Of a stretch of DNA of 64,000 bases, positions 46,335 through 56,175 are shown in pieces; within the stretch, counting starts at the first letter, position 1, and every line of letters begins with the position of its first letter. Both the position numbers and the translations under genes were made by a program. Where the stretch lies: assembly GCA_036170915.1 (NCBI GenBank), contig JAVHQC010000036.1, positions 96,001 to 160,000 of the forward strand. Direction: 5' to 3'. Under the pieces are notes generated by a model. That model was not told where the DNA came from. It made no database searches and was given only the letters and a program-made list of their open reading frames with translations. The stretch is from Cyanobacteria bacterium auto_48_18 (GTDB lineage: Bacteria > Cyanobacteriota > Vampirovibrionia > Obscuribacterales > Obscuribacteraceae).

Positions 46335-46643
46335 ATGGAAGTTTTCGAAAAGCATGTATTCGTCTGCGTTTCAGGCAAAACATGCCCCAAAGAAGGGTCG
46401 GAAGAGATTTGCTCAGCACTGCGGGCCGAGATTGCCGCTCTGGGACTGAAAAAACAAATTCGCATCAATAAGTCAGGCTGCTTTGACCAGTGCGGCAACG
46501 GAGCTGTGATGGTGGTCTATCCGGAAAGCACATGGTACGCCCATGTGAAACAAGTGGATGTCAAAGAAATTGTAGAAAAGCATCTAGTCGGCGGCATGCC
46601 CGTGGAGAGACTGCTTTATGACGGCAGGGGCCGTTGCGAATAA
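46335..46643 (+). CDS. Thioredoxin-like [2Fe-2S] ferredoxin
   Basis: HVFVC...C...INKSGCFDQC.NG..MVVYPE.TWY. Confidence 0.9.
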   Translation: MEVFEKHVFVCVSGKTCPKEGSEEICSALRAEIAALGLKKQIRINKSGCFDQCGNGAVMVVYPESTWYAHVKQVDVKEIVEKHLVGGMPVERLLYDGRGRCE

Positions 46644-46787
46644 GAAAAAAAGTGCCGGTGGAGACGCCCTCATGACAGATAGTCTAAACGAGGCAGCAAG
46701 CCAACCACCAGCTAATTTTTAAAATACCCACAGCCACGAGCTGCTTAAACGCTTTTTGGCGCGCTTTCTAAAAATTTATTTGCCTGT

Positions 46788-48290
46788 TTATTTTGTAGCT
46801 GGTTTGGCTTCGGTTTTAGCGGCAGGTGCTGCTTTGCTCTCAGCTTTAGCGTCGCTTTTGGCCTCTGGTTTCGCTTCTGGTTTCGGCTCTACTTTCGCCT
46901 CTGACTTGGCGTCTTTGACAGGAGCTTTGCTGTCTGTCTTAGGGTCTGTTTTAGCCTCAGTTTTAGTTTCAGCTTTAACATCGGCCTTTGGCTTCACTTC
47001 AGCTTTAGGGTCAGCTTTAGCGTCTGTTTTAGGCTCAGCCTTAAGATCTGCTTTAGGGTCTGCTTTAGCGTCAGTTTTAGCGTCAGTCGCCTTAGGGTCG
47101 GTCTTCTCACCAGCCTTGGCAGGGTCTTTTGCATCTTTGACGCCATCCTTAACGCCGTCTTTGACGATATCTTTGCCGTCCGCATCCTTTTCGGCTTCAG
47201 GATCGGCTACAGGAGCAGCATCCACCTTAATAGTGCTGGCATGGGGATCGTACTTAAGCGCTTCTTCTACAGCTGAAGCTGAGATTGTGCCATCGTCTGC
47301 CACCAGACGCGAGTCGATCTTAACGCCGGCCAATTTCTCGGAGAACGACTGGGCATCATCAAAGACCGGCGGAATTACAACTAAACCTTTGGTATCGATA
47401 TAGCCTTTTCTAGCATTGGCAACACCTACCAGAGCCACGCCTTCAGAGAAATCTTCAGCATAGGTAAAGCGGCGCTTGATAACAATTTTGCCCTTCTTGT
47501 TCATGAAGCCATATTTGGCTCGCTTCAGGCTCAAGCCGAGGTCGTCATGGAAAAATGTGCGCGAATTGAGAGCATCGCTCATGGACATAGTACCGATAGT
47601 ATCGAGGATGACAAAATCTGAGCCGAAATAGCACTCAGCTACTCTGTCTTTAAATGGCTTAGCCTGGTCAAACTTCAAATCGATGACCAGCTTGCCGGTG
47701 GCATCAACGTAACCCCATTTGCCAAGCTTACTGACCGCAGCTAGACCTTCCGAGAAGGGCCCCACAGCGTCGTAAGCAGCTGCAACTTTAACTTCGCCGG
47801 CTTTGTCAATAAATCCCCATTTATTGCCTTCAGCTGCTTTATACGCGCAATAAATGATGGTGTTCGGCTCAAGTGGTTTGTTTGCCTCACCGCATTCGCC
47901 GATACCTTCAAATGTTGTAGCAGAGGTAGCGGCCCCGGTTTTATCAATCAGGCCCCACTTACCTCCGAAAACTTTGACCGCTGCCAGGTCTTTAGTGAAT
48001 GGTTTGACTTCTTCGTATGTTCTCTCAATGATGAACTTACCAGTGTTGTCAATGTAGCCCCAGCGATTAGAGAGGTCGGCTGCCGCGAGCCCACAAGAGA
48101 AAGGCAGAACTCGCCTGAATTGAGGCTTAATGACAAATTTGCCACTGTGGTCAATGAATCCCCACTTGGGGCCAACTTCTACAATTGCCGTCGAAACTTC
48201 TTCTTTTTTGCCGCAGGCGCTCAGCGAGAGCAACATGGAAAGGGCGGCGATTACTGTTTTGCTGTAAGAATGCTTAAAATTTCGCGACAT
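46788..48290 (-). CDS. WG-repeat lipoprotein with low-complexity K/A/D/E/P tail
   Basis: Lipobox LSAC; repeats KWG(F/Y)ID..G and FSEGLA. Confidence 0.88.
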   Translation of the reverse strand: MSRNFKHSYSKTVIAALSMLLSLSACGKKEEVSTAIVEVGPKWGFIDHSGKFVIKPQFRRVLPFSCGLAAADLSNRWGYIDNTGKFIIERTYEEVKPFTKDLAAVKVFGGKWGLIDKTGAATSATTFEGIGECGEANKPLEPNTIIYCAYKAAEGNKWGFIDKAGEVKVAAAYDAVGPFSEGLAAVSKLGKWGYVDATGKLVIDLKFDQAKPFKDRVAECYFGSDFVILDTIGTMSMSDALNSRTFFHDDLGLSLKRAKYGFMNKKGKIVIKRRFTYAEDFSEGVALVGVANARKGYIDTKGLVVIPPVFDDAQSFSEKLAGVKIDSRLVADDGTISASAVEEALKYDPHASTIKVDAAPVADPEAEKDADGKDIVKDGVKDGVKDAKDPAKAGEKTDPKATDAKTDAKADPKADLKAEPKTDAKADPKAEVKPKADVKAETKTEAKTDPKTDSKAPVKDAKSEAKVEPKPEAKPEAKSDAKAESKAAPAAKTEAKPATK

Positions 48291-48445
48291 CTTGAAAATC
48301 TTATTTTCCTGAATAGGGCTATGAACCAATAATAAGCGGTCTTGGATAGGAATGTCTAAGTTTTTGCATATTTGCACCAATTACAGAGCAGACTCTTTTG
48401 TATGATGTGAAGTTCTACCTCTCAGAGATACTCTAAAAGATATAA

Positions 48446-50620
48446 ATGGCTAAATATTTGCTCGAAATTGGTGTCGAAGAATTGCCTGCCGGTTTTGTAC
48501 CGGAAGCAGAAGAAAGGTTGCGCGAACTTTTCAAGTCGAATCTCAAGGAAGCGAATATAGCTTTCTCTCAATTGCGCACCTATTCCACACCAAGGCGGCT
48601 CACAGCCATTGTGGAAGATATCGCCCCAGAGCAAACAACTACAGAAAAAAAAGTTAAAGGACCTGCTGTCAAAAGTAGTTTCACTGAAGACGGCAAGCCC
48701 ACTCCACAAGCTGAAGGCTTCGCTAAAAAACATGGCCTCACCGCCAGTCAACTGTCGCGCGAAACCATTGGTGACGTTGAATATTTACATGCCGTGGTTG
48801 TAAACAGCGGTCAAAAAACTGAAACTGTATTGCCCGAAATCGTCAAAAAAGTAATTTCTCAAATTTCAGGCGAGCGCTTGATGCGCTGGGGCGATTGCGA
48901 AGTCAAATTTTCCCGGCCACTGCGCTGGATAGTTTCACTGATGGACAACAAGGTGGTAGAAATTGAAGTTGCTAACTTCAAAAGCGGCAGAATAAGCCGT
49001 GGTCACCGCATTTTGCATCCGGGCGAAGTCACCATAGACGATGCCTCGAGTTATGAAGAGACCATGAAAAAGGTCTTTATTATTGTCGACCCTGCTAAAC
49101 GCAAAGAAATGATCAAAAGCCAGGTGACCAGTCGCGTGGCCGAACTTGGTGGTCAATCACCGCAGCTCGAATCTGGTTTACTCGATGAAGTGATTAACTT
49201 GACCGAATGGCCCACAGCTTTAGTTGGCCAATTTGAAGAAGATTATCTTTCGCTGCCTGCCACTCTGATTGAAACAATCATGATTCATCACCAACGTTAT
49301 TTTCCAGTAGAGCAAAAAAGTACTGTTGGTAACGAAAAGCGGTTGCTGCCCTATTTCGTCACAATAACAAACAACGACCGGGCTGAAGCGGCACCACACA
49401 TCAAACAGGGCAATGAAAGAGTTTTGCGTGCCCGTCTGGCCGACGGTAAGTTCTTTTACTTTGACGATAGCAAAGTCAAATTAGAAGATCGAGGGGGCGC
49501 GCTGGCCAAGCTGACCTATCAAGAAGGTTTAGGAAGCTATGGTGACAAAACGGAGAGATTGAGCCAGCTGGCACAAGTACTCATTAACAGCATGCCATCA
49601 GGTCACACTTTGAGTGACGAGCAGCAAAGTCATTTAATTCGTACTTGTGAGCTAATCAAGCTCGATCTGGTCAGCAACCTGGTGCGCGAATTGCCTGAAT
49701 TACAGGGCTATGTTGGCAGCTGGTATGCCAAAGCAGAAGGCGAGCCACTAGATGTGGTGCAGGCGATACTTTCGCATTATGCACCGCGCAGCAGCACTGA
49801 TGGCATTCCACAAGACCTGTTGGGTCAACTGGCGGCCGTACTAGATAAACTCGACCACGTGGTCGGCCTTTTTGCTCTAGGCAAAAAACCTACTGGTTCG
49901 TCTGACCCATATGCTTTGCGCAGAAATGGTCAGGGGCTGATTGACATTCTGGTGGATGGTCTGACGCGGATACCTATAAATATTTCGCTCTTGATCAACA
50001 GTTTGCTTATGGCATTCGAGCCGCTAGTGGAGAAAAATGGTAAGAAGCTTGATACCACTCAGGTAGCCGCAGACATCAAAGATTTCCTCACCCAGCGCTT
50101 AAAGGGCAAACTGCTCGATAGCGGCTACAACAAAGAAACCATCGAGGCAGTGCTTAATGCCCGCGATCCGTTGGCCAACATCAGTGATGTAATCATTCGG
50201 ATGAACACAGTTAAACACATGAGCTCCGCCCCTGGTGCCAGTGAACTGATTCGCGTGGGTGTGCGCATCGGCAATATATTAGGGGCAGACTCACCAGATG
50301 TAGTGCATGCAGACAAACTTAGCGAAGATGCTGAAAAGGCTCTCTGGGAGGCTTTCCAGAAAAATGTGAAAGCCAACTGGCAGCGCTCAGCCAATAATAA
50401 TGGTAATTCGTTCGTCATGCCCACTACAGAAGCAGAGTATCAATCGATGCTTGATTTGTTGAGCAATCTCACACCTTATATAGATAAGTTCTTTGTCGAC
50501 ATTCTGGTCAACGACAAAGATCAAGATAAACGCAACAACCGCCACGCCATACTCAAGCAGATTGATCAATACTTCCGTGCCCTGGCCGATTTCACAAAGT
50601 TACAACCGCTTATTTCTTAA
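48446..50620 (+). CDS. glyS: Glycine--tRNA ligase beta subunit
   Basis: LLEIGVEELP, TPRRL, MRWG, GNERVLRARLADG and PTGSSDPYALRR. Confidence 0.97.
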   Translation: MAKYLLEIGVEELPAGFVPEAEERLRELFKSNLKEANIAFSQLRTYSTPRRLTAIVEDIAPEQTTTEKKVKGPAVKSSFTEDGKPTPQAEGFAKKHGLTASQLSRETIGDVEYLHAVVVNSGQKTETVLPEIVKKVISQISGERLMRWGDCEVKFSRPLRWIVSLMDNKVVEIEVANFKSGRISRGHRILHPGEVTIDDASSYEETMKKVFIIVDPAKRKEMIKSQVTSRVAELGGQSPQLESGLLDEVINLTEWPTALVGQFEEDYLSLPATLIETIMIHHQRYFPVEQKSTVGNEKRLLPYFVTITNNDRAEAAPHIKQGNERVLRARLADGKFFYFDDSKVKLEDRGGALAKLTYQEGLGSYGDKTERLSQLAQVLINSMPSGHTLSDEQQSHLIRTCELIKLDLVSNLVRELPELQGYVGSWYAKAEGEPLDVVQAILSHYAPRSSTDGIPQDLLGQLAAVLDKLDHVVGLFALGKKPTGSSDPYALRRNGQGLIDILVDGLTRIPINISLLINSLLMAFEPLVEKNGKKLDTTQVAADIKDFLTQRLKGKLLDSGYNKETIEAVLNARDPLANISDVIIRMNTVKHMSSAPGASELIRVGVRIGNILGADSPDVVHADKLSEDAEKALWEAFQKNVKANWQRSANNNGNSFVMPTTEAEYQSMLDLLSNLTPYIDKFFVDILVNDKDQDKRNNRHAILKQIDQYFRALADFTKLQPLIS

Positions 50621-50623
50621 GGC

Positions 50624-52225
50624 TTGGCATTGAAAAACTTGCGCTTCCACCTCATAGCCGCTCTTTCTATCATCACCATCGCTGGTGCATTGTTGCCGGC
50701 CCTGGCCGTCAATTTTAATTCTGACCTGCCGCCTGATTCCATGAACATTCCCCTCATGGCAAAAGAAAAGTCAGTGAGCACTTACGTACCGTCTGCCACC
50801 GCTGATGGGCACGGTTTGGCTGTAAATCTGATCTTTATTGCCAAGCCCCGCTTCAAAACCGGCGCACCTGTGGCAGTGGTGGCACCCGGTGGCATCGGCC
50901 CTGATGGCTTGGGCTTCAATATGCATGCTGCTCAGATTGGAGCAATAGAAGTACGTTTTGCTTTTCCTGGTGGCGGCAGCGCAGAGTTTGGCAGCAGAGG
51001 CGTGTTCGACAATCGAGGAGCCAAATCAGTTGAAGCTTTTCGAGATATTTTGCTCTTTGCCTCTGGTCGTAAAAAAGATTACAAAGACCGCACCATTACT
51101 GAATTGCTCGCTCCCAGTATTAAAGTCGACCCGCTCAATATCGGCATTGTCGGCTGGGATAACGGCGGCAATATTGCCCTGGTGACCATGGCCAAGTATG
51201 CCGCTGACTTGAGTTTCATCAAGTGGCTGGCTCTTTACGAAAGTCCTGTTGGTTCCATGTTTTCTCCACCCAACTTAGGGTCGTCTACCGATCTACTCAA
51301 GAACAAACACTATCGTGAAGGGTCGGCGGCCACGGGCAACCTCTTAATTGATTACCGCAATTTGACCTGGCTCGGGCATCTATTTCGCAATCCTAATAAA
51401 ATTGCCGGTAAGAAGCGTGGCTTGCCTGGCACGAAAGGTGTACTTTTCTTTGATGAAAATCAAAACGGCATCTGGGAAGAGTCATTGGAATACGCTTTCA
51501 ATTCGGCTCTAGATACTGGTGTGACCAAACACTATTTTCCGCCTCAGTTAACTGCAGCCAGCCAGCGCAAGATGGTTTTTGGTAAGGAATGGCCCAGCAA
51601 TGTGGCTACCGTAGCCGAATCAGAAGAATTCTTTGCTGAGAGAGACGGCTCTTTGTATGTCAAAGAAATTACTCAAGCTTTTCCAAAACTACTTGTTGGC
51701 ATGTTTGCCTCTGCTGTTGATCACAATCAGCAACAACTGGACCATCCTCATATCTGTTTTCTCTACAACCTTTTCTTGACCAACAAAGTGCGCTGGCTCA
51801 GGCTTAATCCAGACCCTTGCTACCTGGCCGATATCGGCCAGATGAGCGGCTATAATTTCGTCAACAATAAACCCAATGTGCCGCTCGATCCTACCGGCCT
51901 GCTCTCACACATGGAGCCAGAAGGGGCGCTGCCAGACTATGTTTGCATGCAGGGAATGGTGGCAGAGCTAGTCGACCGCATCAAGGTCGGCAATCTGGTC
52001 TATCCAATCAGCCAGCCCCTCTGCGCTTTCTCAAACGGCGCCGCTGCCGCTAAAGCAGAAGCAGAGGCCAGGCATAAAAAAGCAATTGAAGCGGAGAATA
52101 AACAAGAGTCTGAGAGCGATCAAGACTCTGAAAAAACCGAACCCATTAAAAATATTGCGCCTAAAGCCAAGCCAGTCAAAGCAAAAGCACCTGCTAACCC
52201 GGTCAAGAAACGTACTCAGCACTAA
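50624..52225 (+). CDS. Secreted alpha/beta-hydrolase-like hypothetical protein
   Basis: Signal peptide; VVAPGG; IGIVGWDNGGN nucleophile-elbow-like motif. Confidence 0.6.
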   Translation: MALKNLRFHLIAALSIITIAGALLPALAVNFNSDLPPDSMNIPLMAKEKSVSTYVPSATADGHGLAVNLIFIAKPRFKTGAPVAVVAPGGIGPDGLGFNMHAAQIGAIEVRFAFPGGGSAEFGSRGVFDNRGAKSVEAFRDILLFASGRKKDYKDRTITELLAPSIKVDPLNIGIVGWDNGGNIALVTMAKYAADLSFIKWLALYESPVGSMFSPPNLGSSTDLLKNKHYREGSAATGNLLIDYRNLTWLGHLFRNPNKIAGKKRGLPGTKGVLFFDENQNGIWEESLEYAFNSALDTGVTKHYFPPQLTAASQRKMVFGKEWPSNVATVAESEEFFAERDGSLYVKEITQAFPKLLVGMFASAVDHNQQQLDHPHICFLYNLFLTNKVRWLRLNPDPCYLADIGQMSGYNFVNNKPNVPLDPTGLLSHMEPEGALPDYVCMQGMVAELVDRIKVGNLVYPISQPLCAFSNGAAAAKAEAEARHKKAIEAENKQESESDQDSEKTEPIKNIAPKAKPVKAKAPANPVKKRTQH

Positions 52226-52332
52226 AGCCAAAGCTTGAGAAAAAGCCACAATTCAGGCAAGCAGAACCCTATGCTAGTATCTTTAATAAGTAATGGGTTT
52301 CAGAGTGAAAACCCGGGAGCGAGGGAATTGTC

Positions 52333-52590
52333 ATGATGAATCCGGTCACAGTTGGCGTCTTGTTCGGCATTGCGCTGCTAGTGTTTGGTCCTAAGAAATT
52401 ACCCGAACTAGGCAGATCACTTGGTCAGGGCATTGGTAACTTCAAAAAAGCATTGACTGATGCCACTGAAGAAGTAACCTCAGCAGTAAAAGTCGAACCA
52501 AAGGCCATCGAGTCAAAAGAAGCTCATGACGCTCAAGCAGAAGCGTTGGCTTCAGAAAATGCCGATGCAAAAGATGGAAAAAAAGAATAA
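52333..52590 (+). CDS. tatA: Twin-arginine translocase subunit TatA
   Basis: LLVFGPKKLPELGRSLGQGIGNFKK. Confidence 0.93.
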   Translation: MMNPVTVGVLFGIALLVFGPKKLPELGRSLGQGIGNFKKALTDATEEVTSAVKVEPKAIESKEAHDAQAEALASENADAKDGKKE

Positions 52591-52642
52591 GCTGCTAAGA
52601 CAAGTCAAATAGTTTCAGCTTAAAGGGAATCTCAGCCATTTA

Positions 52643-54700
52643 ATGGCCAAATTCAAAGTCGTCTCAGAATACACACCAGCCGGCGATCAGCCTCGGGCGA
52701 TCGCGGCGCTTGAACGCGGCATCGATGCCAAAATGCCTTACCAGACACTGCTTGGAGTGACTGGCTCAGGCAAAACTATGACCATGGCCCAGCTCATTGC
52801 TGAAACGCAAATGCCCGCCCTGGTATTGGCGCACAATAAAACGCTGGCAGCCCAGCTCTGCAACGAGATCAAAGAATATTTTCCTGAAAATGCAGTGGAA
52901 TATTTCATCTCTTATTACGACTACTATCAGCCCGAGTCGTACATTCCATCAACTGATACTTTTATTGAAAAAGAAGCAAGCATCAATGACGAAATTGATC
53001 GCTTGCGGCACTCTACCACTAGATCACTCTGGGAAAGAGAAGATGTGGTGGTGGTAGGCTCGGTCTCTGTAATTTATGGTTTAGGAGTACCAGAGCGTTA
53101 TCTGGCAGCGGCGTTAGAACTGACTGTAGGTCAGGAAGTCGACCGCCAGGATGTCTTGCGCAAGCTGGTACATATTCACTATGACCGCAACGACATGGTG
53201 GTAGAGCGCGGCAGATTTCGCGCCCGCGGTGAAATTTTAGAAGTCTTTCCATCATATGAAGAACGTATTTGCAAAGTCGAATTTTTCGGCGACGAAATCG
53301 AGCGTATCGCTCTGGTAAACCCGGTTACGGGCGAAGTCGAAGAACTCAAACAGACAATCAAGATATATCCGGCCAAGCACTATATTGCCGAAGAAGACGA
53401 AATTGAACGCACCGTTGCCGCCATCGAATTTGAATTAGAAGAACGTATAGGCGAACTGATTGGTCAGGGCAAACTGGTGGAAGCGCAAAGGCTGAAACAG
53501 CGCACCAGATTTGATATCGAGATGCTAAAAGAAGTTGGCTATTGCAACGGCATTGAAAATTATTCGCGCATTTTAGAAGGGCGTGAACCAGGCATGCCAC
53601 CAAAAACATTGATCGATTATTTTGTACGTAAGTTTGGTAAAGATGGATTTATTACTTTTATCGACGAGTCGCACGTCACGGTTCCACAGTTGCGGGGCAT
53701 GTTTCACGGTGACCGGGCGCGCAAAGATACTCTTATAGATTATGGCTTTAGATTGCCTTGTGCCAGAGACAATAGACCACTTACTCCTGAAGAATTTTTT
53801 GAGCGCGTTGGCAAAGTTGTTTTTGTCTCAGCCACACCTGGTGATTGGGAGATTGCTGAAAGCCAGCAAGTAGTGGAGCAAATCATCAGGCCCACAGGCC
53901 TCGTGGACCCCATTGTAGAAATCAGACCAATTAAGGGTCAGATTGATGACTTGATTGGCGAAATCAAAGATCGCGCTGCCATAAGCGAAAGAGTTCTGGT
54001 CACAACATTGACTAAACGCATGGCCGAAGACCTTACCGAGTATCTTTCTGAACTTGGTATCAAGGTGCGGTGGCTGCACTCAGACATCAAAGCTCTGGAA
54101 CGAGTCGAGCTTTTGCGCGATTTGCGCCTTGGTGTTTTCGACGTACTGGTAGGCGTCAACCTGCTTCGAGAAGGCCTCGATTTGCCTGAGGTAACCCTCG
54201 TTGCCATTATGGAAGCAGATAAAGAAGGATTTTTGCGAGCGGAAAGGTCACTGGTACAAACTATCGGCAGAGCGGCAAGAAACGTCAAAGGGCGCGTGAT
54301 TATGTACGCCGACAAGATGACTAACTCAATGGAACGAGCAATCGCCGAGACCAATAGAAGAAGGGTTATACAGACTGCATATAATGTAGAGCATGGTATT
54401 ACCCCCACTACCATAGTCAAACAAACAGGCAATTCGCTCTTGGAAGCCCTGCGCGGGAAGGGTGATGGCAACGACTTTGTAGAGCGTATGCGTTTACCTT
54501 CAACAAAAGCAGAACAAGAAAAAGCGATCGCTGATCACATCATGGAATTGACCGACAAAGACCTCAGAACCGCCATCAAACGGGTGGAAAAGGAGATGAA
54601 GGATGCTGCTCGCGAACTCAATTTTGAACTGGCCGCTGACCTGCGTGATCAATTAAAAGTCTTACATGAACGGTCAGCGCAGCTTCGAAAGTCAAGCTAG
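52643..54700 (+). CDS. uvrB: Excinuclease ABC subunit B
   Basis: [29 protein letters not shown] and C-terminal UVR domain. Confidence 0.98.
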   Translation: MAKFKVVSEYTPAGDQPRAIAALERGIDAKMPYQTLLGVTGSGKTMTMAQLIAETQMPALVLAHNKTLAAQLCNEIKEYFPENAVEYFISYYDYYQPESYIPSTDTFIEKEASINDEIDRLRHSTTRSLWEREDVVVVGSVSVIYGLGVPERYLAAALELTVGQEVDRQDVLRKLVHIHYDRNDMVVERGRFRARGEILEVFPSYEERICKVEFFGDEIERIALVNPVTGEVEELKQTIKIYPAKHYIAEEDEIERTVAAIEFELEERIGELIGQGKLVEAQRLKQRTRFDIEMLKEVGYCNGIENYSRILEGREPGMPPKTLIDYFVRKFGKDGFITFIDESHVTVPQLRGMFHGDRARKDTLIDYGFRLPCARDNRPLTPEEFFERVGKVVFVSATPGDWEIAESQQVVEQIIRPTGLVDPIVEIRPIKGQIDDLIGEIKDRAAISERVLVTTLTKRMAEDLTEYLSELGIKVRWLHSDIKALERVELLRDLRLGVFDVLVGVNLLREGLDLPEVTLVAIMEADKEGFLRAERSLVQTIGRAARNVKGRVIMYADKMTNSMERAIAETNRRRVIQTAYNVEHGITPTTIVKQTGNSLLEALRGKGDGNDFVERMRLPSTKAEQEKAIADHIMELTDKDLRTAIKRVEKEMKDAARELNFELAADLRDQLKVLHERSAQLRKSS

Positions 54701-55072
54701 GCAAATGATTCGGGCTTTGCAAGTAGTTGAAATATAGTTTTAAACTCACTTAACGAAATAGGCACTGCGAGCAAAGCGCACTTATACTAGGCTTAAGGCG
54801 TTGCAAAGCAGTACTCATTCAGAAGGTGTATACGTACAAATCCCAATGGTATTTCCGACAATAATTACGGAAATGTATAGATCCCACTTGGATACGTAAA
54901 ACGCACTTAGGATGAATTTGTTGAACACACCTGAACTGTTCAAGCCGAACACCAACATCCACATCAAATGGTCCTTCCGGGGACATTAAAGTCATAAAGA
55001 ACGGATGAATAGGTCGACGCTGAAGCTGTCTCGTTAAGCACCAGAACCAAGAAGCAATTCACGAGGAACCAC

Positions 55073-56095
55073 ATGGCTAAAAGCAAGTCCCCGGATACCG
55101 AGCGCGGCACTAGTAATCCTCTTATTGAGGATGAGAACATCGCCAAGAGAAATGAGCTCGAAGAGCTTGATCTAGTCGACGAAGATGATAAATTCACCAT
55201 TCTCGACGATGAAGAAAATGATCTCGATGACGACGATGAACCAGTAGAGCTGCCCTCTGCCAGAGAAGTTGCTACCGAAGATTCGGTACGTCTCTATCTA
55301 AGAGAAATTGGACGCATTCAATTACTTAAACCAGACGAAGAAATCGAACTCGCTCGCAAAATTTTGCAAGGCGACATGATGGCGAAACGTAAGCTTGTAC
55401 AAGCTAACTTGCGTTTAGTTGTATCCATCGCTAAGAAGTACATCGGTCGCGGTCTATCTTTCCTTGATTTGATTCAAGAAGGTAACCTCGGATTGATTCG
55501 CGCTTCTGAAAAATTTGACCATGAGCGTGGTTATAAGTTCTCTACTTACGCTACCTGGTGGATCCGTCAAGCAATTACAAGAGCGCTTGCCGACAAATCA
55601 CGCACCATTCGTGTTCCTGTGCACATGGTTGAGACCATCAACAAGCTCAAAAAAGTCACCAGACAACTGGCTCAAGAGCTCAATCGCAAACCAACAGAAC
55701 AAGAGTTGGCCAAGTCGATGGATGTCTCTATCGTTAAACTGCATGAGATCATTAAAGCAGCTAAAGAGCCAATTTCACTGGAAACACCAATCGGTAAAGA
55801 AGAAGATTCTCGCCTCGGTGATTTCATTGAAGATGCTGAGACCGACAGACCAGAAACCACAGTCACTCATGAACTGCTAAGACAAGATCTGGCTAAGATG
55901 CTCAACGAACTCACTCCTCGTGAGCGCGATGTATTGCGTCTGCGCTTCGGTCTTGATGATGGTCGTCAACGCACATTAGAAGAAGTAGGCCAACTATTTG
56001 CCGTTACTCGTGAAAGAGTAAGACAAATAGAGTTCAAGGCTCTCAGAAAATTGAGACAGCCAGGACGGTCTTCCAGACTAAGAGAATACCTCTAA
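55073..56095 (+). CDS. rpoD: RNA polymerase sigma-70 factor RpoD/SigA
   Basis: [41 protein letters not shown] and [10 protein letters not shown]. Confidence 0.92.
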   Translation: MAKSKSPDTERGTSNPLIEDENIAKRNELEELDLVDEDDKFTILDDEENDLDDDDEPVELPSAREVATEDSVRLYLREIGRIQLLKPDEEIELARKILQGDMMAKRKLVQANLRLVVSIAKKYIGRGLSFLDLIQEGNLGLIRASEKFDHERGYKFSTYATWWIRQAITRALADKSRTIRVPVHMVETINKLKKVTRQLAQELNRKPTEQELAKSMDVSIVKLHEIIKAAKEPISLETPIGKEEDSRLGDFIEDAETDRPETTVTHELLRQDLAKMLNELTPRERDVLRLRFGLDDGRQRTLEEVGQLFAVTRERVRQIEFKALRKLRQPGRSSRLREYL

Positions 56096-56102
56096 AGAAA
56101 TC

Positions 56103-56147
56103 AGAGTTAGGCCCGAACACAGAAGTTTCGGGCCTAACTCTCTTTAT
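56103..56147 (+). terminator. Strong hairpin/terminator after rpoD
   Basis: 15-bp perfect stem AGAGTTAGGCCCGAA / TTCGGGCCTAACTCT followed by CTTTAT. Confidence 0.75.
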
Positions 56148-56175
56148 AGGTTTATACAGATGGTTGGAGTAATTA

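Noticed and set aside
46756..47403. 215-aa hydrophobic + strand ORF
   Set aside because: Antisense shadow of the K/A/D/E/P repeat tail of the WG lipoprotein
48446..50620. glyS without adjacent glyQ
   Set aside because: Split glyQ/glyS arrangements are known (e.g. in cyanobacteria); not unusual by itself
54921..54952. GAAC repeats as a LexA box
   Set aside because: Spacings (6 and 10 nt) fit neither GAAC-N4-GTTC nor GAAC-N7-GAAC, and the site is downstream of uvrB
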